A stretch of 64,000 bases of DNA from the human T2T-CHM13v2.0 reference genome, Homo sapiens, in the NCBI RefSeq assembly GCF_009914755.1, contig NC_060932.1; one strand, written 5' to 3'. Shown in pieces: positions 27,831-42,627 of the stretch (position 1 is its first letter; every line of letters starts with the position of its first letter). The translations under genes and the position numbers were made by a program. The notes beneath the pieces are model-generated. The model was not told the DNA's origin. It ran no database searches and worked only from the letters and a program-made list of their open reading frames with translations.

Positions 27831-29194
27831 TGGTGACAATATAAACTGCCTTTAGAATATGAAAGCCTCATGAAAAAAAAGGATTGGTTTTTGTTCTGTG
27901 GATGCAAATTACAGGAAGATAGATTTTAGTCAATATAAATATGGAGCATGGTAAAATACTGAGTTTATCTCTTTGTCCAGTTAATAGAAATATTTAAATT
28001 TGGTTAAATGAAGCCGAATTATAACTGTTCCCACTTATGTTCCCTACCTGACCTTCTCTAGAAGAAAGGATTGCATTAGCTTCAACCTGGCCTAAGTGAA
28101 TTTCAAGATTTCAAAATTAAGATTCATTGGGTTTATGTTCCAATAATGGTTTTATAAATATTGTATGTTTTTAAAAAGTGAATTCCTATATTAAATGGCT
28201 CATGCCTGTGATACATATGTGTGCATTTGTACATACATGAATATGTGTGTACATACTATATATTTGCCTGTGACAGATTTGACTTGCTTCTGTTATTCTG
28301 GCCATGAACTTGGCATTTGTGTGCATCAGCACTGAGTATTTTATGTAATATAATTTAGGCTAAATTATCATAAAAAATTATTTGACTGGTAGAGGCCACA
28401 TTCCAACCAGAGAAGTTCAGAGGCATTCATGTCTTTCTTGTTCTTATTGTTGCTTGCCCAAAGCTCACAGACTGGATACTTTTTAAATCAAGTCACATAT
28501 TCTCCCCAGATTTATTCTGAAAAGCTTATTGATAAATTATTTTTGAAAGCTTTATTTTAACCTATGTAACAAACTAAATTTTCTTTCATATACTTATAAA
28601 TGTACTATGATACATGGAGAATAGTGATTCATTTCATGATTTTTGCATAGTGGAATAGTAGGCATTGTCTCTCCATATGGCAGCTCTTTGCTGCCAAAAA
28701 TTGTATGGTGTTAGGCAATAGCAAAGGGATTCCATACCAAAAGGTGCCTCAGCTTTGGTTACCTCACATAAAAAGAGTTGGCATAGAGCATTTTACAGCA
28801 GTGGTGTACAAATTTAGAATTATACAGATTCTTGCTTACAGCATGGTATATAGGGATACTCAAATGTTTCGTTGCTGGGTTAGGAAGACATATGACAGTG
28901 CAAATATACATAATATACTAATCTATTTAGCCTGAGGACAGAATAAAAACTTATATCAAGGATATTAATGTACAATGAAAAATGGTTCTGCCTAATTGGC
29001 AATGCAAATGAATTGTAGTATGGACAAGCATCTTTGTGAATTTATATTTTTTCCCCAAAAATCTGACTGTTAATTGTTAAATGTTTTATTTGTTTAATAG
29101 ATAAGAATGGTCCCAGTTGTAAATGATTAGCCTTATCAGTATTCAGAATGTTTCTGTAATATTATCTATGTTTAGAGAATATTCATACACTTTG

Positions 29195-29335
29195 AAAACG
29201 TGGAAATTATGATCTTTTGAATCAGACATCACCCACCAGTGTGAGTCCTAGCTGTAGTACTCATTAGCTGTGTAATTTAGGCAAGTTAGTTGACCTCTCT
29301 CAATTTCAGGTTCTTCATCAGTTTTTTAAGAAAAT
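29195..29335 (+). mobile_element. MIR relic
   Basis: gagtcctagct...tagctgtgtaatttaggcaagttagttgacctctct core. Confidence 0.7.
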
Positions 29336-29394
29336 GAAAGCAGGTGGGGGTTCTTATCCTGCATAGTGATAACGCTTGATTTTATCTACTCCAT

Positions 29395-30555
29395 CAGTCC
29401 CTCCTTCCTGAAGCACTGTCAGCACTTGGCTCCCATGACATGGCCTCTGTTGCTTTCTCCACCTTACTGAATGCACCTTCTGTTTTCTTGGCCAAGAAAC
29501 TAGCTGCTAAATATTGAGTCCAGGACTCCGGTCTATTCTTTTCTTTAGATGGTCTCATACCACATGGCTTTAACTTCCATGTTAAAGCCAAATTTAAATC
29601 CCCGCCCGAATCTCTCATCTGAGATCCAGACTCATATTTGTAATTGCCTACTTGACATCACTGTATCACAATAGAGATTTGGAAATCAGAACTCCAAAAC
29701 ATACACCCTAAGATGACTCCTATCTGAATCTTCCTCATCTTCATAAATGTCATCATCATTCATCCAGTTTTTCAGACCCTCAAATCTGGGAGTTAGCCTT
29801 AATTCCTCTCTTTTCTTCACTGACTCTATCCCCAGCAAGTCAATGAATTTCGCTTTCAAAATCCGACCACTTCCCACCACTTCCAGAGCTATCCTGGTTG
29901 AGGACACCATCATCTCTTACCAGGCCTCAGCAGCAGCCTTCTCACTTGTTTCTATTTATCCTTGTCCCACAAAGACTGGTCATCACATCACAACCCAAGT
30001 GGTATTTTAACATGTAAATTACAGCATGGTATTCCCAAGACCATGCAATGGCTTCCCATCACACTTGGAGTAAAATCCGAAACCTTTTCCGTGGTCTCCA
30101 TGGCTCTACATGATCTGGACTTTTTCTAGCCCCTAGCCAATCTCTGCCTTGCTGACTTCATCACGACCACATTAGTCTCTTTTCTGCTATAGAATTTGCT
30201 GGATTTTCATCTTGATGCCTCTGCTTTTGCTGTGCCCTCTGCCTCGAACATTTCACCTACAGACCTTCATATGGCTCACTCCTTGGCTTCATTCAGGAAC
30301 ATGCTCAGATGTTCTCTCTGATACAGAGCATTCTCTGGACGAACTTAAACAGATCAAGCAAACAAGACTCTGTTATTGTCTCTTTATATCTTTATTTTAC
30401 CTAAAATCACCTTATAGTTAGTGTTCATATATATCTTTTTCTCCCTAATAAGTGGGTGAGTTCCACAAGGACAGATTATCTTGTATGTTTTGCTATTTCA
30501 CCAACACCTAAAACACATCAAATAAATATTTGCTGAATGTATAAATTGAATAAAA
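29395..30555 (+). mobile_element. L2 3' region
   Basis: Pyrimidine-rich L2 body (ccagactcatatt...tgcctacttgacat, caatggcttcccatcacact) ending aataatatttgctgaatg. Confidence 0.8.
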
Positions 30556-31954
30556 TGACATTTTAAAAAGATCTTAACATAGTGCTTAAAGCAGAGTTCA
30601 ATAAATCTTAATTTTCATTGCCATTCTCATTCTCAAGTAAATTAATTTGAAATAACTCCTCTGTAAAGCTGTAGTTTGGATAGTCACTTTGTTTAAAAAC
30701 ATTAAAAATGTTCAAAATCTGTTTGGCTTTTACAGTATTAATGCCACCAAAAGACAGCGGAGATAGTAGAAAACTGTGACCCAGGTTCAAATCCTGACTT
30801 CATCACTCTCTCAATTGTTAACCCAAGATTAGTCAATACAATTCTGAATCTTTCTTTCATTACCAAAGAAAGGCAGTTAATAATTACTTCAAGAGATTTT
30901 TTTTGAAAACAAAGTAATACACATTTACATTATGCAATATTTGAAATAGAATGGAATTTAATTAATATGACTTATATCTGAATATAATGATTCCAAGTTA
31001 TTGCTGTCAGCAAATTAAATTAGCAACTGATTTATTATTTTATCTACATCATTAAAACTGTTGATAGATAATTCCATACAGAGGACTGACAGTTGTGGAT
31101 TTCAAAATATTGAGGTTGTGCCATGAACAACCATTATTTGTAAATTTCTTGTAATTAACTTCTGTGTTGATATGGAAAAAGTATATTTTAGTATATTTTA
31201 AGGCTTCCTGAGTATGACATTTTTTATCTAATGAGAGTAATATTTGTCATATCAGCCTGATTGGTTTCTCATTCTTCTATGAGAAAATGGGGTAAGAAAG
31301 TTGTATTGATATGTTGAGAATTGCTCAGTGCAACACTATATCTAGCTGTATGCAATGCTCTCCATTTTCAAACCTATACTAATGACTTTGCTATGTAACT
31401 CACTTCAGTACTTTCTGGGCATTTTTCTTGGCTGCCCAGCAAGTTTTAGATTGGAGGCTATGTTCTTCCCATGAGCTCTTCGTTTATCCTCTTCCATCTG
31501 ATGTTGCTCTGAATCATGAGTGCTGAGGTCTGCAGCAAAGTTTGTCATTTTCTCTTAATACCTGGTATGGAAGTGACTGGTCATTTGGTTTTAAACACTG
31601 ACAGTTTTTCTAAGTATTATTTCATTTTCCATTCTCTCATTGAGGATAGCTTCTTTTTAAAATTCTCACATATTTTTATTTATATTTCAAATAAATAAAC
31701 CAAATTAACAACAAAATAGCAGAAATGTTTATTGTGTTTGTGTGTATGTGTGCAAAAACAGAGATGAAACAAATATTTATTGGTGTTTTCTATGTTTGCC
31801 TCTAAATATTATCTCTCCTCACCCTAAGAGGATACTTTTTTATATTGATTTTCAGGTAACACTTTTTTTCTAGTGTTGATTATATGCTGCATTTCTTCTT
31901 CTTCTATATACGTTCAGAAATATATGTATTTCCATATCTTTTTTTCATTTGAGT

Positions 31955-32220
31955 TGTTGTAGTATGGTGATGGAGAGCTCGGGCACTGGAGTTGAAATGC
32001 TTGGTCTTAAATCTGAATTCTGTCACTGCTGAGCTTGTGGCTCTGGGCCACTTTACCTTTCTCTGTGCTCCAATTGGCTGATCTGTGGGAGTGGAGATAT
32101 TAATAGAACATATAAATGCATGTTTTGAATTTTAAAATAGGTTATGTATGGAAATTACAAAACACAAAGGCTGGCACAGAGCAAGCACTCCATAAATACT
32201 AACCATTATTGTCATTATGT
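31955..32220 (+). mobile_element. MIR
   Basis: gtagtatggtg...aaatctgaattctgtcact...ctggcacagagcaagcactccataaat. Confidence 0.75.
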
Positions 32221-33427
32221 TAATAAACCATTACTGCTTGTATTTTCTATATTCTTTTGGAAAATTATATGTCATCTCCTGGTAACAGTCCCATGGGACC
32301 GTGATATTGCCAAATAACACAATGTGGGAGCTTAAAGAAAGTTTGTCCAACCATTACTTTCCAAATAAAAAAACTGAAGCTTTGAGAAACAACATAGCTG
32401 ATCACATATATAATTAAAGGAAGAACTGTTTAGGATATTCTGCCCATGGTTCTTTCCACAATTTGTTTGTTTGTTTGCTTGCTTTTGGTGGAGAGGAGAA
32501 AATAATAAGTTTGTCTTCAACTGGCTTTTATCCCCCTCCAAATTATCCTCAGCTATGCTGTCCTTGGATTCAATAAGCCACTCTCTTCATAAGACCATAC
32601 CAGTTTTCTAATAAAGCTCACACAGATTTCGTGCCTTTGATTTTAAGATTTCTACATAGGTCCCCTCAGATCTTCTCAAATTATTTGATCCTCTCTCCTC
32701 TTCGGCCATTCCTTAGAATGTTTTCTATAGATTTACAGAATTGGCTTACAAATAGGTAACACCTTAATAATGTAGTTTTACATGTCTTAATTATCTTCTC
32801 TAAAATTCCTCCTTCCTTCCATTAGTTGATACCTCAGATTCTGCCAAGAAAACCTTATCTTTTTTAACTTGAAACTTGGTTTACTGATGGAATATAAATG
32901 CCTAGAAAGTACATTAAAATGTAATAAATTTTATCTCATATTAATGAGAGATCTGAGAAAAGAAGAAGGGAACAGAGGAGGACCTTGCTATCTCCGATGA
33001 ACACCCCCTCTCACTTTCACTCTCACACACTAGTATCTTTCATCTCCCAATTAATGAGTTATGTTTAGATTCATAAAAATCTATAGGAGGAAGTGACCTT
33101 TGAGAACCTTGAGTTCATTCTTTTCACAGTGGCAAGAAGTATAACTCCAAAGAGTTAAATGCGTTTGTCTAAAGTCACCTATTTGTGGCAACAGATGGCC
33201 TCCCCTTACCATCTCCCTAAGCTGAATACCTTCTACCAGGTAATCAGTACCTCAAAGTCCACTCCACTCTTTCCCAGTTAAGCCAGCCTCCATGTTCACT
33301 CTCCTGTGTGTTCCTGAATTTGTAACCAGTTCCGCTACTTTAGATCCCAAACTCTAAATTAATTTTTTAACATCTTTTTAATGATTTAATATATCCTAAT
33401 ATGTAGTGAATTAAATATCCTTACCTG

Positions 33428-33915
33428 GAGGAATATCAGTTATTCTGCCATAAAGACACATGCACACAAGTGTTCATTGCAGCACTATTCACAATACCAA
33501 ATATACGGAATCAGTGTAAATGCCCATCAGTGACAGATTGGATAAAGAAAATTTGGTACATATGGAATACTGTGCAGCCGTAAAAAAGAACGAGATCATG
33601 TCTTGTGGGAACATGGGTGGAGCTGGAGGGTATTATCCCTAGCAAACTAATGCAGGAAAAGAAAACCAAATACCACACGTTTTCACTTGTAAATGGGAGC
33701 TAAATAATGAGGACTTGTGAACACAAAGAAGGACGGACACTGGGGACTACTTGAGTTTGGAGGGTGGAAGGAGAGAGAGAAGCAGAAAAGATAACTGTTG
33801 GGTACGGGGCTTAGTAACTGGGTGATGAAATAAGCTGTACAACAAGTTTACCTGTGTAACAAACCTGCACAACGTACCCTCGAATCTAAAATAAAAACTT
33901 TCTAAAAAAAGAAAA
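33428..33915 (+). mobile_element. 5'-truncated old primate L1 3' end (L1PA16/17-like), sense to ZFPM2
   Basis: cataaagacacatgcac...gcagcactattcacaata...gagaagcagaaaagataact...aacaaacctgcac...aataaa tail; flanking aaa(t/a)atcctta repeat. Confidence 0.88.
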
Positions 33916-34815
33916 AATCCTTAAAAACAAATTTTACTGGTTATTCTTGCATGTTACACCTTCTTTTACACTTCTGATCATTAACTGCAATTATTACTCC
34001 CTGTAAGGAAGGCACACTGCATACTTTGTGTGAACATTCAACCAAAAATGTAATTCATTAATGTATCAAACATTTTTCACATTATTGCTATGTAATGCCA
34101 TATGTAAAAGTTGAATATATTATTTAGAGTTTAGAAAGGCTAGAGAACACCAAGAGTTTTTTTTTTTTTTTTTTTTTTAATCAGTGAGTAACTAATAGAA
34201 ATGGGTAAATGTGTAGGGAAATTTGGGTTTTTAGAGAAGATGAAATTCATTTTAGACATGTTGAATTTGAAATTATAGTAAGAAAAAGAAATACAAATAT
34301 CCAGGAAGAAATATCCTTAAAGGAACGCAAGGATATGGGAGATTAGCTAAAAGCTGACAATATAGATTTGAGAGTCATTTGCTAGTGGTGCTGTTTCTTT
34401 GCAAAATTCAGCATGAAGAATCATAAAAATATAGAAAGTTAAGTGATTCATGAACATTAACTATTTTTTTAATTAGTCATAAAGTATTTATTGATGAACT
34501 ATTTAGTGGGGGGCGTATATCAACATTGCTTCTGAAATGATAAAAACTAGAAGACTGAACAAGGAAAGAAGAGACACATGGAATAAAATGTAGACAAATG
34601 AAATAGAAGCAAATGCAATGACACACACACAATTAAAAAAAAGCAATTACAAGCAATATATCAACAAGTACAAAATGGCACAGCACAATTATATTCCCAG
34701 GGGACATAAAAGGGTGAACTGCAGGAGGGGAGCGAGGTTAATTGGGAAATGCTTCCTCAGGGCAATGAGAGCTGAACAAGATCTGAAGGAAGGGATGGGT
34801 TCAAACTGGTAGAGA

Positions 34816-34865
34816 GGAGCATGGAGGGAAGCCAGGAGCATGGAGGGAAGCCAGGATGGAGGGAA
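34816..34865. repeat. 19-bp tandem repeat (ggagcatggagggaagcca) x2 plus a partial copy
   Basis: Read directly. Confidence 0.9.
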
Positions 34866-37265
34866 TGGTCTTAAACAGAAGAGGAAGGGAGAAATCAAGC
34901 ACTGCATAGGGAATAACAAATGGGATCTTTTGCCTCCAGTGGAGAGGACAAGTGGAAACTTATCAAGTCATCATTCTAGAAAGGTTTGGAAGGGGAGTGG
35001 TGTGGAGGCAGTGGGAAGTGAGAGTTTTAAAGAACCTTGAATGTAATGATGTACTCTAAAAGCTACAAGCATTTTAATTGTATTATACAAGTTAGTTTTC
35101 TAAATCTATTAATGAATTCCTAGTGCACAGCCTCCCATTGCCAAAGTTACATGGAAATGTGCGTTCTTATATCACTGCCCCGCCTTGCGTTGAATTCCCT
35201 TTTTGGTTTAACCGTAAAAAGAGAGTAGACAGTGCCTGATGGATATTTGTTCTTGGCTAAAACTCTGCATAATACTTTGAAATATTATTCTTCCTAGCAA
35301 ATGTTAACAGTTGCTAATGTCATTCAAAAATAGTTGAGGAAAATATGTTTGTGAAACATACAGCTCTTACTGTCACATCATTTCCTGAGTGAAAAGAAAA
35401 TACAGTGGTACTTGGCTATTTATTGAATGGAAATCCTTTAATGTTGTCAAGGATTTCACCAAACTAATGCTGTAAATAAGTGGGAAATCATGTGCCCTCT
35501 GTTTTAATGTCTGTTTCTTCATGATGAGGCAGCCACCCCACTCAGCAGTCCAGATGGAACTACCACCCATCGCAGCCCTCTTGTCCTCAGATAGGATAAC
35601 CAGAGCATAACTACTTTGGAGCAATGCAATTATGAATTTCTTGAGGGGGAAAAAGGAGAGATAAGTTCAGGGAAGTCAGCTAACATGGTATATGGGTAGT
35701 TCTGGGCAGCAAAAGGGTTAATCAGATTTTCATTTTAGATAGTCGCCTTAGTAACAATCAGAGAGCCCAGGCTGTATCTTTTCCATTTGTGGGGAATGTT
35801 TAGATTTACAGAGTAGCTTAGCTTATTATATACCTACCTTGATTGCTGGATAAGGCTTGTGATTAAAAACAGAATAAGATTCATTTTTATAATATTGTAA
35901 AGAAGAGCAAAACATTAAAAATGATGTCACTGATGGTCTAGGGTTCTGGGAAATTACTGATATTGGAACTGTGGTGCTGACAGGGCTCTTTGAAAAGTTA
36001 AAATAGAAGAAGGTCAACATCTTTACCTTTAACTTTTACTGAAAATGAGTCTGTATTTACCATTTTTAGGAGTGAATTGGAAACTAGCATATAATAACTA
36101 GCTAACAATGCTAGAGGAGAAATTGGATATCAACTTCGTTTCTATGCCAAATTGCATTAAACTCTCAAAGATGTTTTTGTTTTATATTGTATATTGGGGG
36201 CTCTGTGGCCTTTTAATGAGGAATTGAAAAAAAAATAGGTTTGAAAAGCATTTATTTTCAGAAGTGTCCAAAAGAGTGGACCAGTGACACTAAAACGTTG
36301 AAGTCCGAAATTCATCCATTGTCCAAATAGCAGGAAAACAAACTCAACAATCTGCTCTGCACATGGCCTCAAACCTCACCTGGAGAGACAGATTTCCTAA
36401 GGGCAGAGAAAAGCATTCAGTCTGTTTTCCAGGACCAAGACTGTCTGGAGCAGCTGCTGCCAATTAGTGACAAGTGATATGTAGGGAGGCCATGATACAT
36501 GTAGAGCTACCAGAGTTCAGCAGTTTCAGAAATTACTCTCTGAAGAAAGAAGAACACAATTCTTAGGAGCATAGTTCATTGCACTTCCATGGTAGTAACT
36601 TGGTAACCAGTGAGCCTACTCCAGACATCTCAGAAGTCAGGATGTCAGGCTTCTGTGGCCATTGAGTTTATACATTATTTACAGACAGCTCCTGACTTAC
36701 TTTTGCTTATTATATTAACTGAAAAATGCCCAAGTTGCACCCTGGCCATTCTGCAGTGATCAAATATTTAGCCAAGAGAGCCACTGGAGAGACTTAAAAA
36801 TAAAATGAACAAACAAAAACTTGGAGGAGTTAAAGACCATATCTCTTTAGATTTGGAGAAAGAAAAACAAATTTTGAAAACGAGGAACAGCTTAATAATT
36901 ATAGATAAATCAGTGGCATAGCAATCATTCATTCCTTCATATCAATTCAGTCAGATTGCCTTCCTACTCAGAACTGATCCACTAAATGAATAGAAGTGTT
37001 TGTTGGCTTTATGGTGAAAAAGAGAAAAATGGTCATTTTGGCACATGGAGTAATTTGTAAGACAGGACACATACTTCAAATAAGGAGCCTGGTTTAGGGG
37101 AGTTGAAGAGGCTCAAAAACTCCAAGGATCAGGGACAACAGTTTTGAAATCAGGGAGACAGGAACAGAGATGGGAGAAGGCTGAAGAGTACAAAACACAT
37201 TAAAAATTTACCTGTGACCAGAAAAAGAAACATTCAATCTCCTTTTCCCTCCTTTAACAAATTAA

Positions 37266-37574
<309 letters not shown>

Positions 37575-39269
37575 TGACCCTTATTCTTAGACACAAGAAT
37601 TCATATTTAATGCATGGCTAAATTAAGAGCTAAGTAACCTACTTATAATCCAACCTTGAGACTTGACCATTTGTAATATTGAGTCTATGCAGTTCTTTAC
37701 TCATTAAGAACTGGGTAAGATATAGACTGTTTTTAAAGAAAACAAAATCCAATAGGTTCAAAATTTCCCAGGGATTTATAAACTACCATTTGAGAAATGC
37801 CATCTTAAATAAACTAGAATATTCTATTTACTGCATTTCAAAAGGGCATTTTTACTATAAAATAGCTGATTTGCTATTACGCATTATAAAAGTGCATTGG
37901 TTTTCATGTTTGTTATATTAGGATATTAGGATTAAAATGAAAACGTCCAATTGAAAAAAAAAATGCCCATAAATATTGAAGCCCCTGAGAGGTCTGCAGT
38001 CTCTGGTTTGAGAAACCCTGGTAAAGGTGAAAAATGTAATTTCAGTTCCAAATGGTACATTTTCAAATGAACTTTTAGAGTCTATTTATAACTAGGATTC
38101 CCTGTATTTAATCATTTCACACAAATTTTTTCCTGGTTTGGTTAAAGAATGTCTTTAGCACAGTCATCTAACATTAACAACATAATAACAAGATTGTTGA
38201 CCAAAAACAAGCTATAAATATTTGGTTGGAGTATGAAAGAATTTTTCAAATGTCTAATAATATATCTAGACTTGGCTCTGCATTAGAAAGTCTGTGAACT
38301 TTTCTATCTCCCTTGCTCTCTCTTTCTACAGGGTCACTACATATTTTAATTGTCTGTGTGCCTGTAACATTTCAGCATGTGAACCAACATATAATAAAAA
38401 ATGCAGATGTTCCCAAAGCTGAAATAAAGAAGATAATTTTGGTTTTACTAGGGAAATAGTGGAAAGAAAAAATGATCATTTTCCTGGCTTCTAATTCGTG
38501 GGGGAAACTTGGATTATCATTTACTTGACAAAGTTGACTTCAATCACTATCTCAAAATAACTGCCCTTTTGTGATCTTTACAACACTCAGGATTGCCTTT
38601 GTCCATAGTAGGTGATCAGTAAGTGTCTTGTTGATTGGTTTATTTGATTAAAACAGATTTAAATGATTTCAGTAGTCACAATGATATATGTAATAATAAT
38701 TAACAGCAGGCAAAATAGGTGATTGTGTGATTTAATTGGAGATTTTAAGCCAGTTGTTCAATACGTCAGCATAGCCAAATGATGACTGAGGCTTGTAATG
38801 ATACTGCAGAGCACACCATGGTGAAAAGGGAGAGGAGAGTGGGGAGGTGGGTGGTTGAGAATAGACAGGGAAGAAGACGGGGCTGGGAGGAGTGAGAACC
38901 CATAAAAGAACACTGGAGAAGATCATTATAGAAAATATGAGTAATTACTATTAGAGTAAATGTCAAAATATTATGGATCAGAAGCTGATGAATTTTAGTA
39001 AAGGATACAAAAATTTTAGGTGAAGAAAATAACAAATGTGGTAAAAAAAATACAGGAACAATTTTGCAAAGGAAGAATGTTGAAAGGTTCCTCTGAACTT
39101 TGATAGGAAGGAAGAGCAAGAAAAATGAAATACAAAAGTAGTTCTGGTAGTTTTTGGTATCTTTTTAGCGTCATTGAAGAATAATTGCTCTGAAAATCAC
39201 CTTAGCATCTTACCTTGTATATAGACTAGGTCCTAGTAGGACCCATTCACTTTCAGGTTTACCAACACT

Positions 39270-39600
39270 CACTAAGATAAGGGTGTTCAGTTTAAGACTC
39301 TGTTATGAAGAATGAGGAGAACTTGGCCACGTTTCAGAGCAAAGTAGTAAAAATAGTACCGTGAGAAAAGATTAGGGTTCCAGAATATCAAATCATTTTG
39401 CCCCCCAAAAAAGGCAAAGTTACATTTATAAAAAGAATGGAAGGTACATGAGAAGTTACATGATGTAACTGTCTTTCAAGATATGAAGAGATATTATTGT
39501 TCAACTAGAATTCCATCTTCACCTCTGAAAGCTGAAAGGAAATGAATTTACATAACAACTGGAGACATTAATATGAGGTCTCTTTATGGTTAGATTTTTG
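39270..39600 (+). mobile_element. Possible L3/CR1 relic
   Basis: gtgttcagttt...aacttggccacgtttcagag...aactgtctttcaagatatgaag resembles the CR1/L3 3' region; very diverged. Confidence 0.35.
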
Positions 39601-42311
39601 GAATCTAGTAGTTTCCAACAACAACAAAAACAACAAAAATTTGCCACTTGCCATTAATTACCTTCAACACATCTCTTAGTTCTCTTACCCATTTTATTTT
39701 AGCCAATCACAGATCATTATTTTTTTCCAAACAATTCCAGGCATACACATTATTTTATTAGACAATAACAGAAGTGCAAGATGTTAATTATTATTTCTGT
39801 TTCTAACTTTATATATTTTAAGTATGAGCATGTTGCATGTTTGCTTCATATGTTTTCAGCTACCCTATTGCATTTCTTTGACTCATTTATGTGGAGTTTC
39901 CTAAAAGAGACTTTTAAATCAATACTGATTCATCAGTTATGTCTTCAAGTTTGCAAATTTCATGCAAAAAAAGTTTCAGTAGACACCCCTCCCTAAAATC
40001 TTAGTCATATTTTGTCTTCTGTAACAGGATCCTAAAAATAGCTGAGAAATTCTGATGCTTTTTCTTTGTTTACTAATTTTAAGATCATTATGCATACTCT
40101 AATGCATAATTATAATTATGCATTCATGATGTTACTTGTGCAGGCTTAACTCAGAAATAGTCTGAAGCAGCTAATCTTGAAGCTACAGGCTGTTTCCCAT
40201 CACTTAGATTCTGATCAGAGCTGTTTGTCGAGTCTTATTGGAACGCGGGACCCTATGCACCAGTCCCAAGGCTGGACACTTCATTTTTATCACTAGTTTC
40301 ACTATTTGCCCTTTCTCCTTCCCCCCAAATCTTTGCTTTTAAGACAGGAAAACCTACAAGATAATTTGGTTTTATTGTATATGTTTAGTCTATTCACAGC
40401 AATTAAATGAGAGGGGTTTTGAAAATTCTCCAGTTTATTTATAATCCATACTTGACATTATGCATAAAAAATGAAGACAGTGTCATTTTTCATGCTTGAG
40501 ATTTTACTATCAACTGGCCTTATCATTGAATTTACTTTAGGGTTGCTTAAACTAGTCTAGTGCAAAACTATTAAACTTTCTTCCATGTGTTGTAGAATAG
40601 TGTGATTTGGCCCAAAAAGGAAATTGTTCCATGTGTCTTGTATGGTATGCCCTTATCAATATTTGCAAAGTGTTCACTGAGTGCTTATGGAGGGAAGGGT
40701 ACTATCTACAGCACTGTGAAGGGTAGTAACAAGTCTCATTTAATAACATGAAAAAAAAAACACTCTTATGGTCTTGGTTATTAGAAACTAGAACTTGGGT
40801 TAGTCAGTAATAGCACAATAATGGAAATATACTCTCAAGTTTATTGCCTTATCGGGGGTGCACAGTCTCAGAAGATATGGAAGACAGAGTAGTAAATAAA
40901 AGCATTTTGCTCTAAGAATGTCAAGGACAGAGCAAACTCTGAGTTTGTAGTTTTACTTTTCTGCAAAGTTGAATTAGGGAAAATTCATTTTGATGTGAAT
41001 TAGCGACAGTGTTTTGATTCTGAAATATAATGAGGGAGAATCCCAGTCGAAGAGTGTGCATAGGTGTATGTGTATTTATTGAAGGGACTCTTTGCTTCTA
41101 GGGAGTGGGGCACCTTTTTGCCATTTATATTTATAGTCACTGTGCTTATTCAAATTGCTAAATGTTAAAGCCCATGAATTTATTTTTAACATCAAGAAAG
41201 CAAGCAAAGATTTTAAAAGGCTGAGAAACACTGGAGAAGTCTGTTTCATGAGTTTCATCTATTTAGAGTACATGAAAACTTAGAGTCAGAAGGTACCCTA
41301 GACATTGTGGAGTCTTGGTCTTTTCCTCTAAAAATGAGGAAACTGGCTCAGGGAATTCATGCATTTTTGACAAAGGTAATCTAACCACTTACTGACAAAG
41401 TTAGAACCAAACCTAAGTTTAGTGAATTTCCAGATCATTTTAGAAAATATGTATAACTAGCGTGAAATAGGAACTACTTAAGGAAAACGGCATGGTGTTC
41501 TTAGTCATGGGGGATTTTGCTTTGTTTTTGGCTTGGTTTGATTTTAGTTGACAAATGAGGCAACATACAAAAAATTAAATAAGTACTTAAGATTATGGTA
41601 TTTAAATTTAAGGCTTTTTATAGCATATGGTGTAAGAAGAATTTGCATATTCTGAAATGTTTATACTAGATAAGGCATTCCCAATTTAGAGTCCAAGGAA
41701 GGGAAGTAGCATAATTAGAAACTCAATGACCAAAGCCTTTTCAAACGAATTCCCAAATGCCCTACAAGCAAGTTTTTACATTTGATAAGTACTAGTGAAA
41801 ACAATACATAAAAAATCTGAAGTAACTTAAACATAGTAGTGTATTATTTTATAACCAATAGATACAGCTTTTCATCATGTAAGGGAAGATTTTACTCAAT
41901 TTCCATTTAGTTGCCATTAAAATCTTTTCATTTTGCTAGCAGTGGTAAAGTTTTCTCCCCAGGAACAATCTATTTACTAGATACAAAGTAAAAAGATTAG
42001 TCAAAGTAGTAATTTTTTTACACATTTATATTTATGACACATTGATCATTCTGTTAAAGTTGGATGTAATAAATAGGCATAGGTCTTTTCACAGAAATTT
42101 AATCATTTCTTAACTTTTGTCTCATTTACCCAAATCAGTACACACAATAATTATAAATGTGCACTTACTGTGTTTCAGGTATAAGTCTAAGTGATTTATA
42201 AGCGTTATTTAATATTTGCAACAGGTTCATATGGTATAACAATAATAATAATAATAATAAGGTAACCAACGGACAGAGAAGTTGTCCTACTTGATCAAGA
42301 TCCACACCATA

Positions 42312-42596
42312 GTTTGGGTGCGGTGACTCATGCCTGTAATCCCAGCACTTTGGGAGGCCCAGGCGGGTGGATCACCTAGGACCAGGAGTTTGAGACTGGC
42401 CTGGCCAACATGGTGAAATCCCATCTCTACTAAAAATACAAAAATTAGCCGGGTGTGGTGGTGCACATCTGTAATCCCTGCTACTCATGAGACTGAGACA
42501 TGAGAATCACTTGAACCTGGGAGGTGGAGGTGGTAGTGAGCAAGATCATGCCCCTGCACTCCAGCCTGGGGGACTACTGAGCAAGACTCTGTCTCG

Positions 42597-42625
<29 letters not shown>
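42312..42625 (+). mobile_element. AluS inserted into a MIR, 15-bp TSD
   Basis: TSD aagatccacaccata at 42297-42311 and 42624-42638; MIR sequence on both sides (~42150-42700). Confidence 0.95.

Positions 42626-42627
<2 letters not shown>

Noticed and set aside
35832-35990. Possible minus-strand exon (antisense lncRNA such as ZFPM2-AS1)
   Set aside because: Good donor (AAG|GTAGGT) but only a weak AAG acceptor; lncRNA exons cannot be established from sequence alone.
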